Of a stretch of 64,000 bases of DNA, positions 10,517 to 24,564 are shown piece by piece (position 1 is the stretch's first letter; every line of letters begins with the position of its first letter). A program made the position numbers and the translations under genes. Origin of the DNA: an uncultured Ignavibacteriaceae bacterium (lineage in GTDB: Bacteria; Bacteroidota; Ignavibacteria; UBA10030; BY39). The stretch covers positions 1,442 to 65,441 of the forward strand of contig CAYTID010000004.1 in assembly GCA_964437735.1 (NCBI GenBank), written 5' to 3'. The notes beneath the pieces are model-generated. The model was not told where the DNA came from, searched no databases, and saw only the letters and a program-made list of their open reading frames with translations.

Positions 10517-11860
10517 CTATCTGCTGAAAAACTTTTCAACTTCGGGAATTGCTTTGGGCAAAGAAAAAACCACAATCCTTTCGTTAGGATTGATTTTTGT
10601 TGAACCAATAGGAATTATAACCTCTTTATCCCTAATTACGCAGCCAACTATCGCATCTTTAGGGAAATGAATATCTTTGAGTGATTTTTTTGTGATATCG
10701 GATCCTGTTTTGGCGACTAGTTCAATTACTTCCGCATCCACACCGTGGAGTGTTGCAACAGATAATATTTCACCTTTGCGAATAAATTTAAGTATTATCT
10801 GAGCCGCCGAAAGCTTTTTATTCACAGCAACATCGAGACCGATCGTTCCGGCAAGTGTAACATAGTCAGTATTCTCCACGAGCGCAATTGTTTTAGGAAC
10901 CTTAAGATGTTTTGCCATCAAACAGGATATGATATTTGTTTCCTCGTCTTCGGTTACAGCAATGAATACGTCCATATCCATAATGCCTTCTTTCGCAAGT
11001 AAATCTATATCTGACCCTTCACCATGGATTACTAGTGTCTTTCTGAGTTTTTCAGCAAGTTCCACCGATTTTTCACGATCTGATTCAATTAATTTCAGAT
11101 CGACATTATCTTCAAGATTTTCTGCAATCTTTAACCCTATCTTACCACCTCCGAGAACCATTACATTTTTAACCTCTTCCCCATTTTTTCCTGCAACGCG
11201 TAGCATCTCCGGAACATACTCTGTTTTGCAAACAATAAAAACCTGATCATTTTTTTTAAAAACATCCTCGCCGGAGGGAATAATCGTTCTTATCCCTCTG
11301 CTTATCGCGACTACACGAAAATCCGGATTGTTTGAATCCCTGACAAAATCACGAAGATTTTTGTTGATTATAGGGCTGCTCGCATCAAGCTTTAGTCCGA
11401 TAATCTGAACCCTTCCTTCTGCATATTCGAGTACATCAGTGGCTGTTGATCTTTTTACCAATCTTAAAATTTCTTCTGCGGTAACAGCATCAGGATTGAT
11501 GGTCAGACCAATTCCCAATTGTTCAGGTTTTATGACAGCATCTTTCGATGTAAATTCAGGATTGCTTACACGCGCAATTGTTCGTTTCGTTCCGAGTATA
11601 TTGCCCATCTGGCAAGCGAGCAAATTTGTTTCATCGTATGGAGACACTGCAACTAACAGGTCTGCGTTTCCTGCTCCGATTTTTGCAAGAGTACTCGGAC
11701 TCGTCCCTTCGCCCTCAATTGCTAATACGTCTAGACCCTCGTTAACCCGAGCGACTCTCTCTACATCGTTATCAATAACAACTATATCATGCCGCTCTTG
11801 CGACAAGATTTTTGCGAGATGATACCCAACCTCACCGGCTCCGACTATAATAATCTTCAA
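10517..11860 (-). CDS. trkA: Trk system NAD-binding regulatory subunit TrkA
   Basis: Two RCK_N/Rossmann repeats (MKIIIVGAGEVG and MVLGGGKIGL), each followed by an RCK_C segment; 447 aa. Confidence 0.9.
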   Translation of the reverse strand: MKIIIVGAGEVGYHLAKILSQERHDIVVIDNDVERVARVNEGLDVLAIEGEGTSPSTLAKIGAGNADLLVAVSPYDETNLLACQMGNILGTKRTIARVSNPEFTSKDAVIKPEQLGIGLTINPDAVTAEEILRLVKRSTATDVLEYAEGRVQIIGLKLDASSPIINKNLRDFVRDSNNPDFRVVAISRGIRTIIPSGEDVFKKNDQVFIVCKTEYVPEMLRVAGKNGEEVKNVMVLGGGKIGLKIAENLEDNVDLKLIESDREKSVELAEKLRKTLVIHGEGSDIDLLAKEGIMDMDVFIAVTEDEETNIISCLMAKHLKVPKTIALVENTDYVTLAGTIGLDVAVNKKLSAAQIILKFIRKGEILSVATLHGVDAEVIELVAKTGSDITKKSLKDIHFPKDAIVGCVIRDKEVIIPIGSTKINPNERIVVFSLPKAIPEVEKFFSR

Positions 11861-12157
11861 ATTCTCTTGTATTCTGTCTTAATTACACATATAATTCGTA
11901 TTAATTTGGTTATATTTTTTTTAAAAGGCAAATATCCGTTTTGATTATATTTATTTTATATAAAATTGATTGCATTTTTCTTTTGTATTTGCTATAATAA
12001 TGTAACTGAAAAAGAAAAACCTTTATTTTGAAAAACACACTTATCTTCAGTTCAAATAATCAAACATTGCAACTTTTAATAAAATGGAGGAGATTCTATG
12101 TAACAATTTGCCATTTTTAAAAAAAATCAAAATTAACACTAAAATTAAGGAGGTTTT

Positions 12158-15100
12158 ATGAGAAGATATTTTTTACAACTTACAACTATTTTACTATTAA
12201 TTATTTTTACTTCGTGTAATTTATTTGCACAGGGCGTTACTACTGCTGCAATTTATGGAACCATTAAAGATAATGCGGGTAATCCGATGCCCGGAGTAAA
12301 CGTTATGGCAACACATATTCCCAGCGGCACAAAATACGGCTCTACGAGCCGCGATAATGGCGATTATAATCTTCCGGGACTTCGTGTCGGAGGTCCTTAT
12401 ACAATTACCGTGTCATCTGTTGGTTTTGCTGTGCAAGAGTACACAAATCTTAATTTACAACTCTCCCAAAGTTTACGTCAAGATTTTCGGCTTGCTGAAG
12501 AAGCGGTTCAGGTTGGCGAAGTCGTTGTAACTGCAGAACGGAATGCTATTCTCAGCGCCGCCCGCACAGGTGCCGCAACATCGGTCACCCGAGAAACTAT
12601 TGAATTGTTTCCAACCATTTCGAGGAGAATATCTGACTTTACGCGCTTAACACCACAAGCGGGTGCAAATTATACATTTGCCGGTCAGGATAACCGACTT
12701 AATAATACAACAGTCGACGGCTCATATTTTAATAACTCTTTCGGCTTGGCTGGTCAACCGGGAGATAGAACGAACGTCTCTCCCATCTCTCTTGATGCTA
12801 TTGAACAAGTTCAGATAAATATTGCTCCGTTTGATGTCCGCCAGGGGAATTTTGTAGGCGCCGGTGTGAACTCAGTTACGCGAAGCGGTACAAATGAGTA
12901 TTCAGGTTCAGCGTATTACCAGTATCGACATGCAGGTTTGGTCGGAACAAAAACCAGAGAATTGCTATACAAACCCAGTAAATTTAATTTCAACCAGCAT
13001 GGTTTGCGGCTTGGTGGACCAATAATCAGGGACAAGATGTTTTTCTTCATAAACTATGAAAAGGAATTAAACATCGAACCGGGAACTTCTTATCAGGCTA
13101 ATGATGGAACCCAGCCGGTTGGAGGAAATATAACTCGTGTATTAGCAAAGGATTTGGATTCTCTAAGCAAATTCCTGCAAACAAAGTTCGGGTATGAAAC
13201 AGGTCCTTGGCAAGGCTATGATCACGAAATCCCGGCTTTAAAGTTTTTAGTGAAATTAGATTATAATATTGATGACCATAACAAACTAAGCTTACGTTAT
13301 AATCATTTGGATTCCGAAACTGATGTGTTAGTTTCAAACTCATCATCATTAGGATTTGGTACACGACGAACGGTTTCGACTGGTTTAAATTTTAGAAATT
13401 CAAACTATGGCATTGTCGAAAATATTCGCTCGGTCGTTGGCGAGTGGAATTCTATACTCAGCGACAAGATGGCGAATAATCTGATTGTCGGCTATACATA
13501 TAACGACGAAAGCCGTTCTTCTCGCGGTACAATGTTTCCGTTTGTGGACGTTCTTTCAGCAGGTTCGGTTTATACTTCCTTTGGATTTGAACCTTTTACG
13601 CCAAATAACGAATTACGCTATAACAGTTTTCAGTTACAAAATAACTTCACACTCTATTTAGGAAACCACTTCTTAACTTTTGGCGCTAGCGCAGAAAGAT
13701 ACGAGTCAGAAAACATTTTCTTCCCCGGCTCTCAAAGTGTGTACGTTTATAATTCTCTTTCTGATTTCTACTCTGATGCCAATGGTTATCTGCTGAATCC
13801 CGCTAGAGATACCTCGCTTGTAACTTTACGACGTTTTCAAGTGCGCTGGTCAAATCAACCCAATATGGACAAACCAATTCAACCTCTAAAAGTATTTTAT
13901 GCTGGTGTATATGCTCAGGACGAGTGGCAAACCACAAAGGATTTACGATTAACACTCGGATTAAGGTTAGATATCCCGTTCTTTGGAAAAACCGGCTTTA
14001 AGAATCAAGAGGTCGATGGATTTACTTTTAAGGATGAAGATGGAAACAATGTTAAATATTCCACCGAAAAACTTCCTAATGCAAATATCTTGTTTTCACC
14101 AAGAATTGGTGTGAACTGGGATGTCTTCGGAGACCGAACCACACAACTTAGGGGTGGTACCGGAATATTTACAGGTCGACCGGCATATGTATGGATTTCT
14201 AACCAAGTAGGAAACAATGGAGTTCTAACCGGTTTTGAACGGCTTGATAACACCAGACGAAGGCCATTCAATCCTGATATCAATCGTTACAAACCAACCA
14301 ATGTAACGGGAACGCCTGCCTCAAGTTATGAATTAGCTTTCACAGATCCCGATTTTAGATTTCCACAGATATGGCGAACTAATATAGCGTTAGATCAAAA
14401 ATTACCATACGATTTTACCGGAACTTTAGAATTTCTATATGACCGTGATTTCAATGGTATTTACTATATTAATGCAAATCTTGCACCGGCAGATTCATTT
14501 TTCCTCGGTGTTGATAATCGTCCGCGATGGACAACTGCGGCAAGTACAAAACTCATTTCTAAGATAGACAACGCAATTGTTTTGAAGAACCAAAATACCG
14601 GATATTACTGGAATATTAGCGGTTCACTAGAAAAGTTTTTCGATGAGGGATATTATACAAAAATTGGATACAACTATGGCGTCGCAAAAAATACTGTTGA
14701 TCCGGGTTCTATCGCTTTCGGTTCATGGAATAATAACCAACATTCTGGTAATCCAAATAATCCAGGCGTAGGTTTTTCTGCTAATTCCCCCGGAAATAGA
14801 GTATTTCTGGCGCTATCTTATCGAAAAGAATACTTTAGTTTTGGAGCAACGACATTTTCTCTGTTTTGGGAAGGTCGATCGCTCGGCAATGCAAGCTATA
14901 CATTTAGTGGTGATATGAATAATGATGGCGGTACGAGTAACGATCTGATATACATTCATAAGGATCTATCAGAAATGAATTTTGAATCCTACTCTATCAC
15001 ATCTCCGGTTACAAGAACATTCACCGCCGCCGAACAAGCTACTGCCTGGAATGCATATATTGAACAAGATGATTACCTAAGTAAAAATAGGGGAAAATAC

Positions 15101-15433
15101 GCTGAGCGTAATGCTGCTTTCCTCCCAATGATTTACAGGGCTGACTTAAGTATTGTGCAAGAGGTGTTCGCTGACTTATTCGGCAAAAGAAATACGCTTC
15201 AATTCAGAGCTGATATTCTGAATGTTGGTAATTTGATAGACAGAAACTGGGGCGTTGGACAGCGATTTGTTACAACTCAGCCACTGATTGCCCGCGGACT
15301 TGATCCAGGAAGAAAAGCTATTTACAGGCTGCGAGAAATAAATGGCCATTTGATTTCCAAAACTTTTGAACAAACTGCCACGGTGTTAGACACATACAGA
15401 ATTCAATTCGGCGTGAGATACATCTTTAATTGA
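12158..15433 (+). CDS. TonB-dependent outer-membrane receptor with an N-terminal carboxypeptidase-regulatory-like domain
   Basis: Signal peptide, then a CarbopepD_reg-like segment (GTIKDNAGNPMPGVNVMA), a plug region, a long β-barrel and a C-terminal aromatic residue; 1091 aa. Confidence 0.8.
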   Translation: MRRYFLQLTTILLLIIFTSCNLFAQGVTTAAIYGTIKDNAGNPMPGVNVMATHIPSGTKYGSTSRDNGDYNLPGLRVGGPYTITVSSVGFAVQEYTNLNLQLSQSLRQDFRLAEEAVQVGEVVVTAERNAILSAARTGAATSVTRETIELFPTISRRISDFTRLTPQAGANYTFAGQDNRLNNTTVDGSYFNNSFGLAGQPGDRTNVSPISLDAIEQVQINIAPFDVRQGNFVGAGVNSVTRSGTNEYSGSAYYQYRHAGLVGTKTRELLYKPSKFNFNQHGLRLGGPIIRDKMFFFINYEKELNIEPGTSYQANDGTQPVGGNITRVLAKDLDSLSKFLQTKFGYETGPWQGYDHEIPALKFLVKLDYNIDDHNKLSLRYNHLDSETDVLVSNSSSLGFGTRRTVSTGLNFRNSNYGIVENIRSVVGEWNSILSDKMANNLIVGYTYNDESRSSRGTMFPFVDVLSAGSVYTSFGFEPFTPNNELRYNSFQLQNNFTLYLGNHFLTFGASAERYESENIFFPGSQSVYVYNSLSDFYSDANGYLLNPARDTSLVTLRRFQVRWSNQPNMDKPIQPLKVFYAGVYAQDEWQTTKDLRLTLGLRLDIPFFGKTGFKNQEVDGFTFKDEDGNNVKYSTEKLPNANILFSPRIGVNWDVFGDRTTQLRGGTGIFTGRPAYVWISNQVGNNGVLTGFERLDNTRRRPFNPDINRYKPTNVTGTPASSYELAFTDPDFRFPQIWRTNIALDQKLPYDFTGTLEFLYDRDFNGIYYINANLAPADSFFLGVDNRPRWTTAASTKLISKIDNAIVLKNQNTGYYWNISGSLEKFFDEGYYTKIGYNYGVAKNTVDPGSIAFGSWNNNQHSGNPNNPGVGFSANSPGNRVFLALSYRKEYFSFGATTFSLFWEGRSLGNASYTFSGDMNNDGGTSNDLIYIHKDLSEMNFESYSITSPVTRTFTAAEQATAWNAYIEQDDYLSKNRGKYAERNAAFLPMIYRADLSIVQEVFADLFGKRNTLQFRADILNVGNLIDRNWGVGQRFVTTQPLIARGLDPGRKAIYRLREINGHLISKTFEQTATVLDTYRIQFGVRYIFN

Positions 15434-15449
15434 TACTTGCTTATACAAC

Positions 15450-15483
15450 AAAGGCTGTCTTAATATTATGAGACAGCCTTTGT
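15450..15483. terminator. Terminator hairpin between the convergent TonB-receptor and gyrA genes
   Basis: aaaggctgtct / agacagccttt perfect 11-bp stem with a 10-nt loop, followed by T-rich sequence. Confidence 0.6.
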
Positions 15484-15494
15484 TTATAAAACAA

Positions 15495-18059
15495 TTATAT
15501 CTTTTTCCCTTTTTTCTTTTTAGGCGGTTCCTTCTCTTTTTCAAACAATGAAGTTTGATTTTTATCTTTAGAATTATCGTTCATTTTCTTTTCTGGTTTA
15601 TTGCTGGCGCCATTAAGGTTTAATTCTTCCGATTCCTCAGAAGGCACAATTGCCAACGCTGTAATCGAGTCTTTTTCATCAAGCTTTATTAACCTGACTC
15701 CCTGAGCATTGCGTCCGGTCACCCTTATCATAGACGCAGACTGGCGGATGATCATCCCCTGTTCTGTCACTACTACGATATCGTCTTTATCATAAACCTC
15801 TTTTATGGCAACCATTTTACCTGTTTTATCGGTTGCTTTAACGGTAATTACTCCTTTTCCACCTCTGTGACTTATTCGATATTCATCCAGTTCGCTTCTC
15901 TTTCCGTAACCGTTTTCCGTTGCTATAAGAATCGTAGTTTTCGCCCGTCGGATTGCAACGGCTCCGACAACTTTATCTCCCTTCGATAGTTTAACTGCAC
16001 GGACCCCGGAAGCTGTGCGTCCCATGGCCCTTGCTTCTTTCTCATTAAATCTGATCGCTAACCCGTTCATTGTGCCAATTACAATATCTTGTGAGCCATC
16101 AGTTAACTTAACATCTCTGACTACATCTCCTTTTTTTAGAGTAATTGCCGTGATCCCGGTTTTTCGTGGATTGCTGAATTCTGATAAGGAAGTTTTCTTA
16201 ACCTGACCCTTTTCGGTCACCATTATTACATGCATCTTTTCATCGAATCCCGACACATTTACAAACGCAGCAATGTTTTCATCCGTCTGCTTTTGCAATA
16301 AATTCACAATCGATTTTCCTCTTGCAAGTCTGTTTGCTTCAGGAATTTCAAAAACTTTCAGCCAATAACATCTTCCCTTGTCGGTGAAGAATAATATGTA
16401 ATTATGTGTAGAAGCGATAAACATATGTTCAAGGAAGTCGTCTTCTCTCGTAGCGGCTCCGGTTACTCCTTTTCCTCCGCGGGATTGTCTGCGATAACCC
16501 GAGACCGGAAATCTCTTTATAAATCCATTATGGCTTATTGTTATAACAACATCCTCTTCCGCGATCATGTCTTCTATGCTGAATTCTTCATAATCGTATA
16601 TGATGTTGGTTCTTCGTTCATCGCCGTATTTAGTTTTTAACTCCACCAACTCTTCTTTAATAATTTGCATCTGCAATTTTTTGCTTGCCAGAATTGATTT
16701 GAGTTTTTCGATCTTCTTTAATAAATCACGGTACTCTTCCTCAATCTTCTTCCGCTCAAGTCCTGTAAGCCGCTGCAAACGCATATCTAAAATAGCCTTT
16801 GATTGAATTTCAGACAATTTGAATTTCTTCATCAACCCATCTTTTGCAGCATCAACATCTTTCGACTTTTTTATAAGTTTAATAATCTCATCAATGTTAT
16901 CTAAGGCGATAATATAACCTTCGAGAATATGTGCTCGCTTTTCAGCTTCGTTAAGTTCAAATTTCGACCTTCTTATGATTATTTCGTTTCTGTGGCTAAT
17001 GAAATTGTCGAGTATTTGCCGAAGCGTAAGAACTTGGGGTCTCCCTTCAACGAGTGCAAGCATTATCACGCCGAAAGTCGTCTGCATCTGTGTGTATTTA
17101 TACAAATTATTCAGCACAACTTCAGCGGTAGCGTCGCGTTTAAGTTCTATCACTATTCTTAATCCGTCTCTGTCGGATTCATCCCGTACGTCTGAAATAT
17201 CTTCTAATTTTTTATCCGAAACCAAATCAGCTATTTTTTCTATTAAGGATGCTTTGTTCACCTGATACGGAATTTCGGTGACTATGATAGACTGTCTGTC
17301 GTTTTTTCCTGTCTCAATATTTGCTTTCGCCCTGATGACGATCCTGCCTCGTCCTGTTCGGTAAGCGTCCTTTACGCCGTCATAGCCGTAAATTATTCCC
17401 CCTGTCGGAAAATCAGGAGCCTTAATGTATTTAATAAGTTTTTCGTCTGCCAGCTTAGGATCGTCAATAACCGCCAAACAGCCATCGACCACTTCGGTTA
17501 AATTGTGGGGTGGAATGTTTGTTGCCATACCAACGGCAATTCCCGAAGTACCGTTGACGAGAAGATTCGGCGCTAGCGCGGGTAATACGGACGGCTCTTT
17601 TAAAGTATCGTCAAAATTCGGAGTGAATAAAACTGTGTCCTTTTCCAAATCTTTAAGCATATCTTCGGCATACTTGGTAAGCCGGGCTTCGGTGTAACGC
17701 ATTGCCGCTGGAGAATCTCCATCTACTGACCCAAAATTTCCCTGTCCATCGACGAGTAAATACCTCATCGAAAAATCCTGAGCCATTCGTACCATTGTAT
17801 CATATACAGCTGTGTCACCGTGCGGGTGATACTTACCGAGAACTTCTCCAACAATACGAGCAGACTTTTTGTAAGCCCGGTTTGATGCCAGACCAAGATC
17901 CTGCATACCGTACAATACGCGTCTGTGAACCGGTTTTAAACCGTCACGCACATCGGGTAAAGCACGCGCCACAATTACGCTCATTGCGTAATCAATATAG
18001 CTCCCCTTCATTTCGTCTTCAATATCTACCGGAATAATTTTTTCGTTTAATGTTGCCAT
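15495..18059 (-). CDS. gyrA: DNA gyrase subunit A
   Basis: [14 protein letters not shown] and the HPHGD…[13 protein letters not shown] catalytic-Tyr region. The C-terminal β-pinwheel repeats are followed by a Lys-rich tail. Confidence 0.97.
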   Translation of the reverse strand: MATLNEKIIPVDIEDEMKGSYIDYAMSVIVARALPDVRDGLKPVHRRVLYGMQDLGLASNRAYKKSARIVGEVLGKYHPHGDTAVYDTMVRMAQDFSMRYLLVDGQGNFGSVDGDSPAAMRYTEARLTKYAEDMLKDLEKDTVLFTPNFDDTLKEPSVLPALAPNLLVNGTSGIAVGMATNIPPHNLTEVVDGCLAVIDDPKLADEKLIKYIKAPDFPTGGIIYGYDGVKDAYRTGRGRIVIRAKANIETGKNDRQSIIVTEIPYQVNKASLIEKIADLVSDKKLEDISDVRDESDRDGLRIVIELKRDATAEVVLNNLYKYTQMQTTFGVIMLALVEGRPQVLTLRQILDNFISHRNEIIIRRSKFELNEAEKRAHILEGYIIALDNIDEIIKLIKKSKDVDAAKDGLMKKFKLSEIQSKAILDMRLQRLTGLERKKIEEEYRDLLKKIEKLKSILASKKLQMQIIKEELVELKTKYGDERRTNIIYDYEEFSIEDMIAEEDVVITISHNGFIKRFPVSGYRRQSRGGKGVTGAATREDDFLEHMFIASTHNYILFFTDKGRCYWLKVFEIPEANRLARGKSIVNLLQKQTDENIAAFVNVSGFDEKMHVIMVTEKGQVKKTSLSEFSNPRKTGITAITLKKGDVVRDVKLTDGSQDIVIGTMNGLAIRFNEKEARAMGRTASGVRAVKLSKGDKVVGAVAIRRAKTTILIATENGYGKRSELDEYRISHRGGKGVITVKATDKTGKMVAIKEVYDKDDIVVVTEQGMIIRQSASMIRVTGRNAQGVRLIKLDEKDSITALAIVPSEESEELNLNGASNKPEKKMNDNSKDKNQTSLFEKEKEPPKKKKGKKI

Positions 18060-18100
18060 TTATAATCCTTGAAAATAATTTCTGTTTAAATAGTTATAGT

Positions 18101-20452
<2,352 letters not shown>

Positions 20453-20466
<14 letters not shown>

Positions 20467-21583
20467 TTTTCCCCGATTTTACGAAAAACTTTTTGTTCTT
20501 TTCACCAAACTCGAGCGCTTTATCAAATACCCCGGAATTTGTTGACGTAATAAAGGTCTGGCTAAGTGTTTCGATTAACTTCAACATTCGCTGTGCACGA
20601 GCCTCGTCTAATTCACTGAACACATCGTCCAGCAAGAATACCGGCGTTTCATTACAGACCTCCTTTAAGAAAAAGAATTCTCCGATTTTTAAAGCAATCA
20701 AAAATGTTTTATGTTGACCCTGAGAAGCAAATTTCCGCAGGTCAAGTCCGTTAATCTTCAAGATCAACTCATCTCTGTGCGGACCTACAAGCGTTGAGCC
20801 TATTCGGATCTCCTCCGTTCTCTTTTGTTCCAGATTCAAAAAAAACTTTTCCTTGATTGTATCAAGGTTGTCTTTCACTGTAATTTCGAAAGAAGGCGAA
20901 TATTCGATATGCGGAACTTCTTCAATATCAACAATTTTTGTATAAGCTTCGGAAATATATTTATAAAAATTATTAATGAAATCTTTACGTTTTAAAATTA
21001 TTTTCGATCCCGTACTTACCAACTGCTTGTTCCATGGTTCGATTATAAAAGATATATCTGCTTTTGAATATTTATTTTCAATCAATATTTTATTTCTATG
21101 TCTTAAAATTTTTCTAAACTCAGACAAATCCTCGAGATACAGAGCACTCGATTGAGAAATGACTAAGTCCAGAAATTTCCTCCTGTCGGAAGGTCCCCCG
21201 AAAGTAATGTTTGAATTTTCAGGAGAAAGTATTACAATCGGAAATTTTCCTATTACCGACGAAAACGGTTCTATTCTCCTTTTGTTAATAGAATATACTT
21301 TTTCACTTTCAGCAACACTATATGCAATGTGAATTTTACTCGATTTATCATTATTCGATGCAATATCTGATTCTATTTCAAAAATATCTTCCCCTAATGT
21401 TATTACTACAGAATCACTACTTGCATAAAAACTTTTTGTGAGCGAAATGTATGATATTGCTTCGAGAAGGTTCGTTTTACCTTCGCCGTTATCTCCAAGT
21501 ATTATGTTAGCTTTTTGTCCGAATTCAAGTTCGGTGTTTGAGTGGTTGCGAAAATTTTTAACGCGAATACTTTTAATATACAT
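20453..21583 (-). CDS. recF: DNA replication and repair protein RecF
   Basis: N-terminal Walker A GDNGEGKTNLLEAI, a C-terminal signature/Walker B region (LLDDVFSELD), and position directly after dnaN. Confidence 0.9.
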
Positions 21584-21590
21584 TTATTAC

Positions 21591-22706
21591 TCAGACATTC
21601 AAGCGAACCGGCATAACCAACATTAACAAGTCTTCATTTTCAGACTGTTCTTTAGGTTTTACTATTGCGGCTCGGTTCGAACTTGAAAACAAAAACTCAA
21701 TTTCAATACTATCGATGTGCGATAGAATATCGAGTAAGTAATTTGCATTGAAACCTATTTCAAAGTTATCATTTGTGTATTCACACAAAATCTTTTCTTT
21801 GGATTCACTGCCAAAATCTATATCTTCCGCCGATATTGTTAATTCGTTTTTTTCCAGAGAGAATCTTATTTGATGCGTCGTGGTACTTGCGTATAGTGAA
21901 GCCCTTTTTACAGATGAAAGCAATTCGTTTCTGTTTATCGAAAGTAATACATTATTTTCAGAAGGAATTACGCTGTCATAATTCGGATATTTTTCATCTA
22001 TTAACCTTGATAATAAAATGGTATCACCAAAATTAAACGATATATGCGACTCGTTAACAGAAATTGAATTTAACTCTTCATCAAAATGTTTAGAAATAAT
22101 GTTCAACGTTTTATTCGGAATAATAACATTTTTATCTTTCACTTCAGTCCTCGGAGAGACTGTTACCAGTTTTACCAACCTGTGACCGTCGGTTGAAACT
22201 GCTCGAATTTCTTCTTTCATAATTTGGAAGTAAACCCCCGTCATTGCCGGTCGCAATTCATCCGTACTGGTAGCAAAAAGAGTTTTATTAATTAATCTTT
22301 TTAAGGTTCCTGTGTTTAATAAAATATTTTCTTCTTCTTTAATGATATCGGGAGAAGGAAATTCTTCTGCTAATTGACCGGTTAAGCGGTATTCACCTTT
22401 ATCTGTTTCAATCAAAATTTTTAAATTACTTAAATCTGCCGAAAATTTTATGTTTATATTCGGCAAGGCTCGTATTGTATCCATCACCCTTTTTGCCGGA
22501 ACAACTATGCTTCCGCTTTCATCGCCCTTTACTTTTATTGAAGATGAAATTGAAATTTCAAGATCGTTAGCTGTAATAGTCAATTCATCATCTTTTAATG
22601 TAAAGAGATAGTTTTCCAGTATCGGCATTGTGGATTTAGCAGGGACAACGCTGCCGGTTTTTGTAAGTACTTTTAATAAATCACCGCTTAATACAGAAAA
22701 TTTCAT
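21591..22706 (-). CDS. dnaN: DNA polymerase III β sliding clamp
   Basis: 371-aa three-domain protein starting MKFSV…, located between dnaA and recF. Confidence 0.9.
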   Translation of the reverse strand: MKFSVLSGDLLKVLTKTGSVVPAKSTMPILENYLFTLKDDELTITANDLEISISSSIKVKGDESGSIVVPAKRVMDTIRALPNINIKFSADLSNLKILIETDKGEYRLTGQLAEEFPSPDIIKEEENILLNTGTLKRLINKTLFATSTDELRPAMTGVYFQIMKEEIRAVSTDGHRLVKLVTVSPRTEVKDKNVIIPNKTLNIISKHFDEELNSISVNESHISFNFGDTILLSRLIDEKYPNYDSVIPSENNVLLSINRNELLSSVKRASLYASTTTHQIRFSLEKNELTISAEDIDFGSESKEKILCEYTNDNFEIGFNANYLLDILSHIDSIEIEFLFSSSNRAAIVKPKEQSENEDLLMLVMPVRLNV

Positions 22707-23070
22707 TTACTCCTCCTATTTTTGAGGTAATTTTTATTTGAATTTTTGTTGTTAAATTTACGTTTTTTTTTTGAAATATACAAAAAGATTTTCCTTATAA
22801 GTTACTAAAAATCATATACTTAATAATATTTTATATAGATGATTAATATTAATTATATGCATTGTTGATATGTGGATAACTTATTGATATCTTCATTTTT
22901 GTCTGAAAAATTTTAAATATTGATTTTTATTACTGTTATCTTTGTGTGGATTATTCATAATCGTATCAACAATATCATTAAAAACCAATTAGAAATGTTG
23001 AATTTTTAAATGCTATTAACATAAAATTAACACTAACTCACAAATATTACACAAAGATATCAACATTTTT
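22707..23070. promoter_or_regulatory. Probable oriC segment in the dnaA–dnaN intergenic region
   Basis: AT-rich tract at 22740–22860. Perfect DnaA box TGTGGATAA at 22871–22879. One-mismatch box tgtggatta at 22946–22954. Several TATCAACA-like boxes at 22963–22971 and 23057–23065. Confidence 0.6.
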
Positions 23071-24564
23071 TTACGATCTATTGTTAAGCTTTTGTTTTAA
23101 CAACTGGATAAGGTCAAAATATTTTTTATCATTTTTCATTAAATCTTCTATTGTTTGATAAGCATGAATAACTGTGCTGTGATCGCGGCCTCCAAAATGT
23201 AAACCAATCGTTTTCAATGAATTATTTGTTAGTTCTTTCGATAAGTACATCGCCATTTGGCGCGCTAAAACAACTTCTTGTTTTCGTGTTTTTGCACGAA
23301 CAAGATCTTCAGGAATATTTAAATTTTCACAAACCATTCTTTGAATTTCTTCGATAGTAATATGTGATTTTATTTCTCCGACAACGGTTCTTACTACCTC
23401 TTTTGCCAAATCAATATCTACTTCTCTGTTGCGTATCGATGCGTTAGCCAACAAACTGATTAAACATCCTTCCAACTCACGAATATTGGAGGTTACATTC
23501 AAAGCAAGAAACTCAATAACATCCTGGTTTATATCTATGCCGTTGTCAAGACTTTTTTTTCGGAGGATCGCAGTCCGGGTTTCCAAATCGGGAGCTTGAA
23601 TATCCGCAGTTAAACCCGACTGAAACCTTGATATCAAACGATCGTTAAGTCCTTTCAATTCTTTTGGAGGGCGGTCGCTGGATAAAACAATTTGTTTTCC
23701 TTGTTGGTATAATGCATTAAAAGTATGAAAAAAATGATCCTGCGTTTTTTCTTTCTCTTTAAAAAACTGAATATCATCGACTATCAAAATATCCATACTT
23801 CTGTAAAAAGAGGAAAAATCATTCAAACCGTCTGCCTGGATTGCGTCTACGAATTCGAGCGTAAAAATTTCACTCGTAACATACATAACCCTCTTGGCTT
23901 TACCTGACTTAATTGCATGGTTACCGATCGCTTGTATAAGATGAGTTTTTCCCAACCCAACGTCACCGTAAATGACCAGAGGATTAAACTGTGTTCCGCC
24001 GGGATTGTTTGCAACGGCTAACGCGGCGGCGCGGGCTAATTGGTTGCTCTCTCCTTTTATAAAATTATCGAATATATTTTTTTCATTTAATGCCGAAGAA
24101 AACGGTTTATTTATATTATTATCGTTTTTTAATTCGTGAAAACGTTTGTCGGGAATATATTTTTTTTCGCTTTGAATTGTGACGGGAGTAGGAGTAAATA
24201 CGAATCTGTTATCAGCCTCTTCGTTTTCCGGAATATCAGAGTTTACCTTGAAATGGAAACTAATTGAATTACCCATTATGTTTGTAATAACTTCGGTCAG
24301 CAAATCTGAATAATGTTCCTCAACCCATTCATAAAAAAACTGGCTTGGTACTTCCAAAGTTAAACTACTATGATCCGAACCTATCGGTTTAATAGGTTCA
24401 AACCAGGTTTTGTAACTCTGTTGAGATACACGATTCTGAATTAACGAAAGGCATTCCGACCAAATTTTTTCATACGGGATCGGTGGATTAGCGCCGTTAG
24501 CACTAGAATTTTCGGTGTTTGTGAGTTTATTTTCAATCATATCATTTAAATTATTTATCAACAT
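23071..24564 (-). CDS. dnaA: Chromosomal replication initiator protein DnaA
   Basis: AAA+ Walker A (GDVGLGKTHLIQAIGN), Walker B (LIVDDIQF), sensor motifs, and a C-terminal DNA-binding domain (HTVIHAYQTIEDL). Confidence 0.97.
   Translation of the reverse strand: MLINNLNDMIENKLTNTENSSANGANPPIPYEKIWSECLSLIQNRVSQQSYKTWFEPIKPIGSDHSSLTLEVPSQFFYEWVEEHYSDLLTEVITNIMGNSISFHFKVNSDIPENEEADNRFVFTPTPVTIQSEKKYIPDKRFHELKNDNNINKPFSSALNEKNIFDNFIKGESNQLARAAALAVANNPGGTQFNPLVIYGDVGLGKTHLIQAIGNHAIKSGKAKRVMYVTSEIFTLEFVDAIQADGLNDFSSFYRSMDILIVDDIQFFKEKEKTQDHFFHTFNALYQQGKQIVLSSDRPPKELKGLNDRLISRFQSGLTADIQAPDLETRTAILRKKSLDNGIDINQDVIEFLALNVTSNIRELEGCLISLLANASIRNREVDIDLAKEVVRTVVGEIKSHITIEEIQRMVCENLNIPEDLVRAKTRKQEVVLARQMAMYLSKELTNNSLKTIGLHFGGRDHSTVIHAYQTIEDLMKNDKKYFDLIQLLKQKLNNRS

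Noticed and set aside
7842-11822. Plus-strand ORFs of 64–127 aa overlapping trkH, trkH and trkA
   Set aside because: They are antisense to well-supported genes with no independent signals, so they are spurious.
21655-21680. GGTTCGAA tRNA-like TΨC motif
   Set aside because: It lies inside the dnaN coding sequence with no acceptor or anticodon stem around it, so the match is coincidental.
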